Assembly (NCBI GenBank): GCA_964016885.1
Contig: OZ024742.1
Location: forward strand, 240,126,001-240,190,000
Reading direction: 5' to 3'
DNA from: Eledone cirrhosa
Taxonomy: Eukaryota
Length of the DNA: 64,000 bases
Part shown: positions 38,263 through 51,609 of the stretch, piece by piece
Numbering within the stretch: position 1 is the first letter of the stretch
Layout: each line of letters begins with the position of its first letter
The notes under the pieces: generated by a model
Seen by the model: the letters and a program-made list of their open reading frames with translations, nothing else
What the model was told of the DNA's origin: nothing
The model's database searches: none
Program-made: the position numbers and the translations under genes

Positions 38263-38418
38263 TGCTTACTTCACCCGGGGAGGGTTAATAATAGCTTCAC
38301 TAACTTTGGAAGACAATTTGTGTGTGTATATATATATGTGTGTGTGTCTGCATCAGACATGATTTATATGCTTTTACATTTATATATATCTAATCAATGG
38401 GCGTACAACAGTGCTTAA

Positions 38419-38906
38419 TCTAAAAACTATAATAAAGTAAGAAGCGCGGGACTGCGTACTGTTTATAATTTTTTATCCCCTTAGTAAAATAAGTTGGATT
38501 ACATTGAATAAATAATGAATGAATATTGCATAATTTATCTACTAAATTTCGTGGCTGTTCATTAAATATATTTGATTATTTATTTAAAGATTCACTTCTT
38601 TAAAATTTCAAATGTCAACACTTCCGGTTAGCGATCGTTTAAATAAATATTCATATATTTCTGTCACTAATTTTCTCCTAATGCAGATTATATATAATAT
38701 CGTCTTTTTTTAATGTATCATGGATTACGTTACTGATTACATAACACAGTGTAACACAGTCTTCGTTCAATTTCTGTGTATATTGTCAATTACGGTTTTA
38801 TTTGATCATATCTACATGCATATATACTTGCGTATAATATCAACACACTATATATACTTGTGTATAATATACACACTACACCCGAAGGGTGGTTTTTTTC
38901 TGCTAG
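38419..38906 (+). mobile_element. Non-autonomous Helitron, uninterrupted copy
   Basis: A|TC 5' end and CTAG|T 3' end with partial hairpin. Homologous to 2385-3446. Confidence 0.8.
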
Positions 38907-39109
38907 TTATATAAAATGAGTTTTAAAAAAAGAGTTAATAAATAAAAAAAATAAAACGTTATACTTGTTTTACCCTCCCATTTCTAATTAAATCGAACGC
39001 TATCCTGACTGTTTGTGTGTGTGTGTGTATGTGTAAATGTATATATGTGAATGCAAGTGTATTTGTGTGAATTATGTCCATGAGAGTGTATTTTCATAAG
39101 TTTGAAATT

Positions 39110-39219
39110 ATGTAATATCATTCATTATTTATTCAAAGTAATCCAACTTATTTTACTAATTGGATTAAAAGAAATAAACCATAGGCAGTCCCGCAGCCCT
39201 TGCTTTATTATAGTTTAGA
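39110..39219 (-). mobile_element. Helitron 5' terminus
   Basis: Minus strand tctaaactataataaagcaagggctgcgggactgc... matches the 5' ends at 2385 and 38419. Confidence 0.75.
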
Positions 39220-39710
39220 TAGTTGAAAAAAATAGACAAAGGGCACCTTTGAGCAATTGAACCACATATCTTTTGGATGTTGGGCAAGTGCATTAGCCAG
39301 TTAGCCTAACAGTGTCTGGCCACCAGTTTGCTGTCTTTTAGAAAGCCCCAAGACTGTAGCTAGAAGTGTAAACATCTGGTTAATATATATATATTCATAT
39401 AGAGTGTGATTTTTTGGGGAAGTAATTCACCTACCAGGTGTTAAAATTACTTAGCCACTGGGAACCAATTCATGTGGCTTTAATACTTACCAACTGGGAA
39501 CTAAATAAAATCTTTTCTTTGCTGATACAATATATTTTTTATCTTAGATTGGAAGGTTCAATCTCTTACTCTTTCTCTTTCATGCACACATATATACATA
39601 CCCACACACTCACTTGCATGCGTGCGTATGTACGTACATATGTACATACATACATACATACACATGCACACATACACTTTCGCCATTGCTTCATTTTAGA
39701 TTCAAGGTTT

Positions 39711-39767
<57 letters not shown>

Positions 39768-40298
39768 CACTTCTCTTTCATTTTCTCCCCATCATTCCTC
39801 CCTCACACACTCACACTCACACACACACATCTGTGTTGCATCTCATTCAGCTGCTATTTGTTTTTGATTCCAAGAGAAAACACACTCCAGTTCCTCCTAT
39901 GTCTTTTTTACTCATCGACTAACACATTTGCTGAACTCCCCACTTCTAGAGAAGCAGTTATCTTAACACGTTAACCTTTCTTATCTCTTCTTAAAATTCC
40001 TGATGGTTTATTTTTCATGGTTGATGTCTATATGATATATATATATACATATATGAATATAACTGGTACCTTTAGCAGATGATGTGTAGGTTTTGGGGAA
40101 GAGATATTTAGATTGGTTTAATTCATTCAACTTGAAGCTGAATAGTTTGCACTAGTGACCTAAACATATTCCCCTTTCTTAACTAACTACTGTATTTTCT
40201 CTGTGTTTAATACAAAAAATTAGTGACAAAACAGGGGGAAGGGTATTTATTATACACAAGTATCATGCTTTTAGAAATTTTTCCTGACCCCCCCTTAA

Positions 40299-40498
40299 CC
40301 CTTTAGCATTTAAACCAGCCATATCTGGCCAGAACTCTCACACCTCTTTCTGTTCAAACCGGCCATAACCATCTGCTCATACTTATGTTAAGATACTGTT
40401 CTCAAAATCTCGTAGATTCAATACTCTGTGAGATAATTAAGTGGGCTAAAGCTGTGAAAATACAATAGTAAATATAGAGCAATGCAAATGCTAAAGGG
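40299..40498. mobile_element. TTAA MITE, family 1 (best-preserved copy)
   Basis: Perfect 13-bp terminal inverted repeat ccctttagcattt with TTAA on both sides. Confidence 0.85.
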
Positions 40499-41085
40499 TT
40501 AAAGATATTAATTGAATAAGTAATAAAGTCATATGAAATAAAGTGTATTAGCTTGATTTAACACTTTGAATCTTAACATCATGAAATCATATTAGTAAGA
40601 CATTCTTGAAAAGTATAAAACAGCGTTATGACTGCATCCCATTAAAACTTTAAGTTTTTACTCCAATTCTGCAAATTTTCTCTGCAATCTGTCTATAAAT
40701 AAAGATACTATAGATATTTAAATTAACAAATTTTTTTTTTTTTTAGATATTTTCTGTTAGGGCAAAATGGTGATGGTCGTATTATACACGAGTACACATT
40801 TTCAGTAATCTTTACTGAACTTTAATAAATAATTGATTTTACATTTGGCATAAGTCCAGTGATTTGAAGGGAACGGAAAAGTCAATAAATCAACCCCCAG
40901 TGCATCGCTGGTACTTCATTTTATCAAGCCCCTAAGGTTGGAAGGCAAAGCTAACCTCGGCAGGATTTGAACTGAGAATGTAAAGGGACATGACTATATG
41001 CTGCAAAGCTTGTTGTCCGATGCTCTACCGATACTGCCAATCAACTTTAATAAATAATAAAGTCATATCAAACAGAAAATATATA

Positions 41086-41287
41086 CAATCTGTTGACTTT
41101 TTACGCAAACTTGAAATACGCGAATACGTTTTAAGAACTCTTGAAAAAATATTAAATATTCACTGCGCGAATAACTTGTGTAGTTTTTAATTTTTTTTAT
41201 TTTTCAGAAAATTAGACTTGAATTATGTGAATTTGCTTTACACGCCATATTCACGAATACATTTTCGCGTAAAATGCAAACAGACTG
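41086..41287. mobile_element. Tigger/pogo-like MITE
   Basis: TA|caatctgttgactttttacgc...gcgtaaaatgcaaacagactg|TA imperfect terminal inverted repeats. Confidence 0.65.
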
Positions 41288-41969
41288 TATTACCTTGATT
41301 AACACCTTAATGAAAATTACTAGAAACACATTACATTAAGTTAGCTTTGTGGGAACCAACTCACAGGAGATGCAGTAGAGGAAGACCTGCTCGAACCTTC
41401 ATCACCAACTCTTAGAGGATACAAACCTCAGTAGAGAGCAGTTGCCAAGAACAATGGAAAATCATAAATTGTGTAGAGATTTTGTCAGGAATGTTCAACT
41501 GCGGTTGCAATGATGATGATGATGATCATCATCATCATCATCTTCGTTTAACGTCCATTTTCCACGCTAGCATGGGTTAGATGGTTGCAATGATGATGAT
41601 GATATCAAACCACTTCTGGTTCTACATTCCAATATTTTGTGTTAACGTGTTTACATTTATCTAAAGACCTTCCATCTTTATGTTATGTAAGGACCTTTGT
41701 TAAATTATGTTCCATAACTTAAAGGTTCTTACATAAAATTATGATGAAAGGTTTTCAATAAATATAAACACTTGAACACTTTGAATACCAACTTGGCTAA
41801 AACTACCTCAGGTTCTATGAAACAGAACCAACCATTTTAAAAGGTTCACATTTAAATTAAAATTTCCCAATAAACCCATGCTAGCGTGGAAGAACGGACG
41901 TAAAACAGTGATGATGATGAATTTGACATAAGAACCTTTTGTTAAGATATGTTAAAAATACCATCTTAA

Positions 41970-42165
41970 CTCTTAACATCCTGTACTACATGAAACCATA
42001 TTAATAAGACATTCTTGAAAAGTACAAAACAGCAATATGAATGCATGACATTATAAATTAAAGACTTACCTTTTGATATATCCACTAGTAAAGATAATAT
42101 AACCATTTGAATTAACAAATTTGTTTTTAGATACTTTCTGCTAAATCATTAGAGAATGTTAAGAG
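41970..42165. mobile_element. TTAA MITE, family 3
   Basis: TTAA|ctcttaacat...atgttaagag|TTAA. Confidence 0.78.
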
Positions 42166-44369
42166 TTAATTATGCAATAATTAATCATTTTAGTAAATCC
42201 TTCCAAATTCTTCATTAATTAAATGAAATATACTGTATGTCATTAGATATATGGTAATAAAAGGCTTTGGGCTTAACCAGGAGATATTTCAGACAGATTG
42301 ATATCAAAAGGGTTAACTAGCTTGTGTTCTCTCGATAATAAGGCCAGCAATTTTTTTTTCATTTGTTTCTTTTTCCAAATAATTTTTATTAATTTTCCAA
42401 TGAATAATTAACACAGGATGAAATGATAACTATAAAATACTGTAAAAACGAAATTGATACATGGGAAAACATTATTGATGTCATAAAAAGAGAAACTTTG
42501 TAATTAATAATAATATTGTGATGGTACCATGATAAAATGCACTCAGTACACTCTGTATAATGGTTGGTGATTGGAAAAGCATCTATCCATAGAAAACTTG
42601 CCAAAGGATCAAGAAGACACTCCAGTTATGTAAACAACAGTGCTAGTGACATGATAAAACACACCAAAACTCATCCAGTACACTCTGTAAAGTAGTTAGG
42701 GCATGAAAGGACATCCAGCCAGAGAAAACTTGCCAAACAAATGGTCAAAAGGACTTTTCAGTTATGTCAAAGACATGACACCATCCTTAGTTTTGGTCCC
42801 ACGATAAAATGTACCCAGTACACTGTGAAGTGGTTGGTGAAATGAACAGCATCCGGTTGTGTCAACATGATACCCTCCCTATTGCTGGTGCCATGATAAA
42901 ACACCCAGCATAAAAGCCAAACTCTATTTTATGTTAATTCTATCCCAACTTAGTTTCAATAACTTTCATAACTTGATGCCTCTGTAGTTTCCTGTTTTGT
43001 GTGTCCCCTTTGCCCTTGTAGCAGTTGACACTGATAATATTAGTCATTAGGTATGATGCTATCCTGTATTACTTGATTTATTATGTGCATAGTTAGTGCC
43101 TGACCCAACCAAATGATGGACCTGCTGCTTTGCCTGTCTTCATATCCTTAATTGCCTTACTTACTACAAAGTCTTTCATAATGGCACTTACATGCTTCCT
43201 TCTTCTCAGCATGTAAAGGCAAGTGTACCTCTGTCATTTCAGACACATTTGCCTCCAAGAACATCTTGATTTTCCCTCACATACTGCTTTGCAATTCTGA
43301 ACTGTATACAACTTTCTATGCAATCTGCTGCATCATCATCAAAATACAGAGAACCCTTTGGAGGGGGTTGATACTATGATGTATGTACTTGAAAGGCAAA
43401 TTTTAACTCTGAGCTCATAAAATTGGAACAAATAAAGTTGGAAAGAGAGATAGAGAAAGAATCAACCCCAGTACTGAACTGGTAATTTATTGGCCTTGAA
43501 AAGATGAACTCAGATCCCAGAGAGCCAAAATAAAATACCACAAAGCATTCTATCCAGCATTCTAACAGCTCTGCCAATTGGCAACTACCTTGGATATTAT
43601 GAACAGTTATCAAATTCTGATGAGAAGCAAAATTATGATAGGACATGTTGGGAAGCCAGAAGCTGATAGATATCATAGAGAGAAGGTCAAATGCCAATTT
43701 GTGAATACCAAACTGAGGTGCTTATCTAGGAAGTGGAGAGACTGAGTCAAACCTTACAGATAGATTTTTTTTTCATTGAAACTGAAATGAAAAATTCTTG
43801 CCTGTAGTTCTTATATATTATGATGCTTGTCGTCATCATCATCGTTTTTTATGCCTACTTTTTCAACGCTTGCATTGGTTGCATAAGACACATTTTCCAC
43901 AGTCAGATCCCCTTCCTAATACCAAACCATAGCTTTTGTTAATTTAAATGTTTATAGTGCTTTTATTTTTAATGTAAGAAAATCATGTAATTTCCGAGAA
44001 TGTATTGTTTATGTGATTTCATGTGATACATAATATTAAGAGTTAAGTATGATATATCCACTGCTAACATTTGTCAAGCTGCTATGCTGCAGGAGGTATT
44101 GTTTAGGGGGGGGGGGGGGGCATAAACTACTGGGACTGGTGGCTTTTAGAAACAATGTTGATTTAACAATATAATATTGTTACTAGCTTACACACCACAC
44201 ACACATATACATATATAAAACAATGCTACTAGCATTCACACATCCCTATATATATAACATTGCTACTAGTATACACACACCACACCTAGATATATATACA
44301 TACATATATAAAACAATGCTACAAGCATACACACATACTTATATATATATATATATAAAATGTATATGT

Positions 44370-44700
44370 GAAGGCGCATGACTTAGTGGTTAGTGTTGGA
44401 AATGCAAATGAGTTTGATTCTTGGATCAGGTGATGCATTATGTCCTTGAGCAAGACATTTTACTTCACATTACTCTAGTTTAGTCAGCTGTAGAAACGAG
44501 TTGCAGTGTCATTGGAGCCAAGCTGTATCAGTCTTTGCCTTTCCCTTGGATAACATTGGTGGCATGGAGAGGAGAGACTGGTATGCATGGACGACTGCTG
44601 GTCTTCCACAAACAACCTTGCCCGGATTTGTGCCTGGGGGGAGAACTTTCTAAGTGCAAATCCCATGGTCATTCGTGACCGAAGGGGATCTTTACCCTTT
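44370..44700 (+). mobile_element. CORE-like SINE with family-A-type head but a different tail (second copy at 51705-52037, -)
   Basis: Shares the head and CORE-like domain, then gagttgcagtgtcattggagccaag...gtgaccgaagggg. Confidence 0.75.
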
Positions 44701-46670
44701 ATAATGTACATAGTAGAGTTGCTAGAACATTAGATATTTGTTCCAAGTTCAAATCCTGCGAGAGTCCAGTTTGCTTTTAATTCTTTCAAGGTACCATATA
44801 GTACCAACCCAGTGTTGGTGCAGCTCTTTCTGCTTGCAGCTGTCTCATCTTGGATGTTCTGCTGGATCAAAGGAGGAAGAGTTTAGAGAATGTTGATGTC
44901 TGCTTGAGCACCTAAAGTCCTTAGCAAAAACCTGATACATACTACCAAGTCATATGTTATTGCATGTGACGGCTAGAGTTTTTTATATTTATACACGTTG
45001 TTGAGCAAGATGCTTCATTTCACGTTTCTTTTCATAACAGGATTGGAACCCCTCTCATTAAAATACCTGAGAAATCTCCTACGAGATGCAATTTCGTGTG
45101 AGGGAGGCTAGCTAAACCACATAGATCTGAGCTGTAAATTTCATTTCTCATTATATACACTCACATACAACTGTATAATAAATATAGATAAAAGTATGCG
45201 AAAGTATAGTATATATTTATACAAATCTTGATTTATAAGATGTGAAATGATAGCAGCAAAACTACAAATGCTGTGTTCACCTACCTAAAATATGCTTTTC
45301 CTTCAGAGATGTCTTATCTGGTTGTTTCCTTGAAGTCTTATCTCTAGCTATCTGTGAGAGATGGCCTGGATTTAAGCAGTTTTTTATATGTTTTGCATGT
45401 GTGTGTGTATATATATATCATCATCATCATCATCATCATATATATATATATATATACCTGCTTCCCTAGAGTGTTATTCTGTTGTGAGACTAATTTATAA
45501 TGAAAAATGGGGAATACTTCAACCTTTTTCAGTGAAATATGCTGGCTGTTAATTTTCTTTTCTTGTAATTAACCTTTTCATACCAAACCGCCCCTTCTTA
45601 TTCTAACATACTAAGCTGTTTATTTTAAAGTGTGTATGTAAGAAACTTTAAGTTATGTTCCAAAACCAGCTTAATAATGAGAAAGTTAGTTCTATTAGTA
45701 AATCCTTAAAAATTCTTGATTATTTCCTAAATGATTTTAAAAAGAAAGGTAATGTTGTTCATCAATTTCTGTCCCTGGAAGAGGTCAGCTGTGTTCTAAC
45801 TTGGAGAGAGATGGCCTCCACCAAGTTCAAAATGCCCAGGATATGCTGTGTATCAGACAGTTCCCTTACAACTCCATCAGGTGTTAAACGCCTTTTCCTT
45901 TCTTTTCTTTTTTTACCTTTGTAATGATAGTAGCTCAAACATCTGTATGGATCTCATTGCTGAATCTATTGAAGACTTACAGAAAAAAAATTCAAACCTA
46001 GAAGAGTGAGTAAGAGCTATCATCATAATCATCACTGCTTTATGTTCATTTTTTTTCTATGCCTCCATGGGTTATGTGTGTCTTCTTCAGCTCAGCTTCC
46101 CTCTACTTGTTGTGTTCCTCTGTCATCTTCTCTGTGGTTCAGTAATTTGAGATCAGCTCTCACTACTTCAGCGCAGGTTTTCCTCAGTCTTCCTCTTCCA
46201 CAGCTTCTTTCCATTGATAGCGCTTGCTACCCAACGATTATCATCCATATGCATCACCTGAAAATCCAAAAGACAAACATAACAAAGATCAAAGTAGCAA
46301 AGAGGACAAATTTTGTTTTCAGTATCATTTTGTAAGAGTCTCGACCAAATATTAATGGTGTACCTCATCGAATTATCAAAGATACAACAATATTAAAAGG
46401 AAACCTGAGCTTCTATATACACCAGATGTACATAAGTAGTTAGTATCAAAGACGCCTATGAAATGAAGTCATGCTCAGATAGTTTTCTTTGTTGTTTATA
46501 TATATATATATATACAGATAAGGCAGTAAAAAGAGCAGCATGTGAAGTCTTGCATGACTTTTCCTGTTGCGTGCAGATAAATCTAAAAGGGGATACATAT
46601 GTTTCCCTTAATTTTACTTAAACATAAGGCTATCTTCTTCCTACTCACACACACTTATATGCATACTCAC

Positions 46671-46705
<35 letters not shown>

Positions 46706-47334
46706 TATGAAGCATAGCTTTTGTTACTTAAATGACCTAATTAGCAGTGGAGGAGAAGGTTGTTCTGAAAATATAATGGCTAGAATGGGTTCAGGGTGGA
46801 AAAGTTCAAGGAGCTCCTGCCATTGCTGATAACAAAGAGTTTGTATGATTTGTCTGCATCATTATTGTCATCATCTACCTTCCATGCTGGCATGGGTTGT
46901 CATTGTCCAGGGCTAGACAAGTCTTAGAGATGTCACCTTGTTCATACAATCCTTATTTCGCAGGGTTTCTATGGCTGGATGCCTTTCCTAACACCAACCA
47001 CCTGGGTGTTTTATTATGGCACCAGAATTACCACTGTATAGAGAGTACTGGGTGCATTTTATTTTTGGCACGAACACTAGAGAAGTTGTCATAAGTGGGG
47101 CCGGACTAAAGAGTTTTTCTATGCTATATTCTCTTCATCACAAGCCACATTATGTTGTTTTGGTGTGTCAGAGCCCTGTCTATTCCATGTAGACTCTAAT
47201 CTCTTGCCATATACACTTTTAGTTTCACAGTGCTTGTACTAGTATGCAGGTCATTCTTCACAACTTTGTCACATGTCTTCTTTGGTCTTCCTTTGCCACA
47301 TCAAAACTCATATATTTGTTGTTTTTTTTTCCAG

Positions 47335-47406
47335 ATTTTACCCTCCTTGATTATTCAGCATCAGGTAGATTCAAGAAGGCTCACATCAATGCTTTCCATA
47401 AAGAAG
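47335..47406 (+). CDS. TMEM183: TMEM183 homologue, internal coding exon (72 nt, phase 1/1)
   Basis: Polypyrimidine tract with ccag acceptor and G|gtaaga donor. Encodes (D)FTLLDYSASGRFKKAHINAFHKE, resembling the N-terminal DYA..SGRVKKA motif of TMEM183 proteins. Phase matches the next exon. Confidence 0.8.
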
Positions 47407-47879
47407 GTAAGAAGGAAGAATATAAAGATATTCTAAGTTAGAGGGGGAAAACCCTGGAATATTAACATTTAATTTTGCAGTTAAAAAAGATCAGGAGGGC
47501 CCTTTAGTTGGTGCCACAATAAAATGTACTCAATACATTCTATAAAGTAGTTGGTGATAGGAAGTACATCCAGCCATAGAAACTATGACAAAAAAGGGTT
47601 TAGAGAAGTCTTCAGTTGTGTCAAGGGATGACAACCTCTCTAGAGTTGGTGCCACAATAATGTGCACCCAATACAATCTGTAAAGTATGGGAACATATGT
47701 AAATAAAATGTAGCCCCTGGTGAGCATTTTATCGTAACCACCAGTACTACCATTTTACAGTGTGGGTAGGGTACATTTTAGTATGGAACCAATATTACCA
47801 CTTTACAGAGTATGCTAGGTGTATTTTATCATTACACCAGCACTCCCCAATTATAAGATTATCCCAAATTTTCCTCTTT

Positions 47880-48790
47880 AGAGGTTCCATCAACTTTGAG
47901 CACCCTGCATTTCTTTATGCAGCTGCCCTTTATACGCATTACATGTCCATACCATTACAATCTCTTTTCCTGCACACCACATCTGATCCCTCATATGCCC
48001 AATTTTTCTTTCAGCTCATTAACACTTTGTCATTCCTGCACACTACTATTACACATCCATCAGTGTATTCACACTTCCTTTCTTTCCAATCTTCACAGGT
48101 CCTCTTTCTACAAAACCCAAATCTCACTTTCAATTATCATTGCCATTCACACAATTATACAATTTGCCTTTCACTCTGAGAGTGAAAACCTTTGTAGCCA
48201 GCAGTGGTAGTAGCTCCCTGAACTTTTCCCAACTGGTTCTCATTCTGACTACTGTACTTTCAGAACACCCACCACCACTGCTGATTTTGCCACCCAGGTA
48301 ATGGAAGCTGTGAACTACTTCTAGCCCTCTGAGTTTTTGATAGACAACCTCATGTGAGCTCTTGTTACTTACTGTTCCAGTGAATGTGCCACATACAAAG
48401 CCTGCATTCTTTGCTAGACTGCCTGAGATCCTGCTACATCTCTTTTGTGCTCATAGTTTACATTTTGCACATAGAATTGAATATCTACCAACTCCTTTTT
48501 TGCATACTGAGCATGGCCATTTCCCTGATTCCATCAGGGACCTCTTTTCTTTTTTGCTTACTAGGATTTTAGCCTTTGCAAAGTCGATTTAGAGGTTTTG
48601 CATCCAACTATACTCAATGTTATGCTAACATTGCTGACTGCACCTCTCTACATGGCTTTTACTGCCCTAACTATCCATTCCTCTGCCTCTAGTTTCCTAA
48701 GAGCACACCAGATTATAGAGCTGGGAACCCTATCAAATGCTTTCTCCAGGTCAATGAATGCTAGGTAGAGAAGCCTGCTCTCTACCTAGC
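47880..48790 (-). mobile_element. Degenerate RTE LINE fragment in a TMEM183 intron
   Basis: Minus-strand LYLAFIDLEKAFDRVP, GKWPCSVCKKGVGR and LQWYGHVMR. Confidence 0.85.
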
Positions 48791-48796
48791 ATAGTA

Positions 48797-49662
48797 TTAG
48801 AGAAATTGGGGAGGTGAGTTGAGTCCAAGAGGGGAATAGGACCCAAGGCGGTGAATCAGACTGTGTTCAGTCCTGGTGCGCAAGGCCTGTGATCCATGAT
48901 GTAAAAGGACACCCAGGACTGAAACATGTAGGGAAGAATGACCAGGAGAACAGAAATGACGGGCGACAGGAGTATCCAAACCGAGTCATATGTCCCTCAA
49001 ATATTCGGCAAAACGGTCCGCCATACGGCGTCATGTTTGTCCGATATATAAAGACCCACAAAGGGAACACCGGAGGGCATAGACAACGTGGGTGGATATG
49101 CAGGTGAAGGAATGGCGGATACGGAAAGACCTGTTAGGGCCTGTAAGAGTGGTGAGGGTGGAAATAAAGGGACAAGTGTTGCAGCAGGAATGGGAACAAG
49201 GATGAGAGCCGGGTGGAGTCGTGGGAGAGGACAAAAAGGAACTGCGAATGTGGAGGTTGCGGGCGCACTTAAAAGCAGTAATGGGTGGGTTTGGAAAAAA
49301 GCAAGAAGTGACAGGGTCAGAAGAGAGGATACAGAAGGAACGGAGGATATGTCGCCTGAGTGGTAGGTGAGAGGGAAAGGAACACGGGTGTTGGGAAGGC
49401 GGGGTTGAGGTGAGAGGGCTGTGGTGGAGTCTGTTTTACAGGCGCGGCTGAGAGCAGCTTGGATCGGGAGGGGTAATCCACGCTGGATGAAGCGGGAAGC
49501 CATGCGAAGGGAATGGGTTTTGAAATCGTCATCATGGCTACAGAGTTGACGAAGACGGAGGAATTGCGAATAGGGTATGGACTGTTTGGTGTGGGTTGGA
49601 TGGGAGGAGGTGAAGTCGAGGTAAGATTGGGAGTCTGTTGGTTTAATGAAGATGGAAGTAGT
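48797..49662 (-). mobile_element. Penelope-like element fragment (RT thumb, Cys linker, GIY-YIG endonuclease)
   Basis: KPTDSQSYLDFTSSHP..SIPYSQFLRLR; CNTCPFI; VVYALRCSLCGSLYIGQT; PVARHF..H..E..LIHRLGS..PLGLN. Frameshifted. Confidence 0.9.
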
Positions 49663-49832
49663 AAAAATATACAATGAATAAAAAATATTGGCAAAGACAG
49701 GAAAATGAATGAATTAGAGACAGTCCCATCATCTCATCATTGACTGCAAGAGATATGTTGCTTTAAGATTGATACAATTGGCTCTCGTGCACAAGGGATA
49801 GTAACAAATGGATCACCCATATTTTTTATTCA

Positions 49833-50175
49833 ATCGTGTAGGTGTCACAACAAAAAGCACCCAGACCACACTGTAAAGTGGTTGTGTAGATGTCACAACA
49901 AAAAGCATCCAGCCCACACTGTAAAGTAGTCGTGTAGGTGTCACAACAAAAAGCACCCAACCCACACTGTAAAGTGGTCGTGTAGGTATCACAACAAAAG
50001 GCAACTGTACTCACTGTAAATGAGGTTGGCATTAGGAAGAACATGCAGCTGTAGAAACCAAGCCAAAATCAGTTCTATATAAGCAAGACATGGTCACCTG
50101 ACCTAGCATTGCCCACAACAGGACAACTTGTCTAACCCATGCTCGTGTGGAAAATGGACGTAAAACAGTGATAAT
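49833..50175 (+). mobile_element. RTE subfamily-B 3'-UTR fragment with 4 tandem 48-bp units
   Basis: Unit gtcgtgtaggtgtcacaacaaaaagcacccagcccacactgtaaagtg. The end matches 37880-38050. Confidence 0.82.
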
Positions 50176-50570
50176 GTTATATATATAAATATAATAGTAA
50201 TAATAAATACAAAGACTAAAATCTAGAGAGAACTCTACAAGAGTTGTATATATATATATATATATATATCATCAGTGTTTAATGTCTATTTTCCATGTTT
50301 GCATGGGTTAGTTTGGTCAGGTGACCATGTATTGCTCATAAGCTCCATTTGGGGCTTGGTTTCTATGGCTGGATACCCTTTATAATGCCTATCTTTTGAC
50401 AGTGTGTACTGGAAGCATTTAATTCTGACTGGTACTGCCACCTTACAAGGTGGACTGGGTGCTTTTTGTCATGGTACTAGTGCTACCACCTTACAGTGAC
50501 AAACAGAACAAACAACAACATGTATGCATACACCACTAATATTTGTTGAACCACTAAGCTGCAAGATATA

Positions 50571-51114
50571 CGAGAGTGCTTCAAAAGGTTCATGGAAAAA
50601 AGACAGTTGGAAAAAACGGTTTAAGTTATGATGTTTATTTTTCCAACATATGTTCCATCTAGGTCAATACACTTCTGGAAGCCTTGATAACAGCCTTTAA
50701 GTCCATCTATGTAAAACTGAGGGCCATGCGATTTAAACCATGTCAAAGCAGCTTTTTTTACATCTTCAACTGGGGATCATCTTCAACCTCATCTCTTCCA
50801 CTTCTAAAACAACTTATCCATTTGTAGGTTGTTGATTTCTTTGGAGCATTGTCCCCATAAACTTACTCCAGAGCGTCAATGATTTGTCTGCTCGTCCACC
50901 CTAGCTTTACCATGAATTTGATGTTTTGATGGAGACTATGTTGCTTGAGCAAGGTGACTTCCGACTAGTGGCACCGTGTTGCAACATGCATTTAAGGGTT
51001 CATGTTATAACATGTTAGTACGAGAACGTACAGGTGCATTGAGATCAAAACCTGCATATGAATTTTAGCTGTGTACTTTTCCACAAACTTTTTGAAGCCC
51101 CCCCCCCTCCCTCG
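50571..51114 (-). mobile_element. Internally deleted mariner (Tc1/mariner) element
   Basis: TA|cgag..gcttcaaaaggttcatggaaaa and ttttccacaaactttttgaagc..ctcg|TA terminal repeats. Minus-strand QKCIDLDGTYV.K* resembles a mariner transposase C-terminus. Confidence 0.78.
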
Positions 51115-51447
51115 TATTTATGTGGGTCATAAATAATGTCATCATTGGTGTCGATATGACACTTCATGGCAACTTACATATACACATACACCTATCAAGT
51201 CTCCTTCTACGAAATTCACTCACTCAGAAGCCATTAGTCAGCTAAAGGACTATACCAGAAGACACTTGCTCTAGGTCCTGTCCAGTGGGACTAAATGTCA
51301 AATTATGAAACAAACTCTTTAACCAGTCAAGCCTTTCCTCTGCTGCCTATCTAGTATATCTACTGTTTTTTAGTTATTTATTTTTGTATTTGTTTTGTTT
51401 TTCTTTTATTTGATTTGTTGTATATTTATTTTTGTTTCTTTCCTTAG

Positions 51448-51609
51448 CTAAACAGTTACAAACAATCCCTACTTTAGTTAAAGATATTGTTGAAAATTGG
51501 TTTGAAAAAGATGCGGATGACTTCGACACAGACACTGTTTCTTCCAAAGGAGAGGATGATGATGAAGAGGAAAAGGAAAAAATAATTAACTCACAAACAG
51601 AGAAATCAA
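51448..51609 (+). CDS. TMEM183: TMEM183 homologue, acidic linker exon (162 nt, phase 1/1)
   Basis: ttccttag acceptor and A|gtaaga donor. Open frame (A)KQLQTIPTLVKDIVENWFEKDADDFDTDTVSSKGEDDDEEEKEKIINSQTEKS. Phases fit both neighbouring exons. Confidence 0.78.

Noticed and set aside
45811-45871. ATG-initiated MASTKFKMPR... as TMEM183 exon 1
   Set aside because: It lies within the long-tail SINE sequence also seen at 22085-22200 and 55760-55880, and the donor site is weak.
45947-46012. ATG...gtgagtaag as TMEM183 exon 1
   Set aside because: It is an RTE RT remnant (LIAES.E.L.KKFQT.K-like), comparable to 36865-36920.
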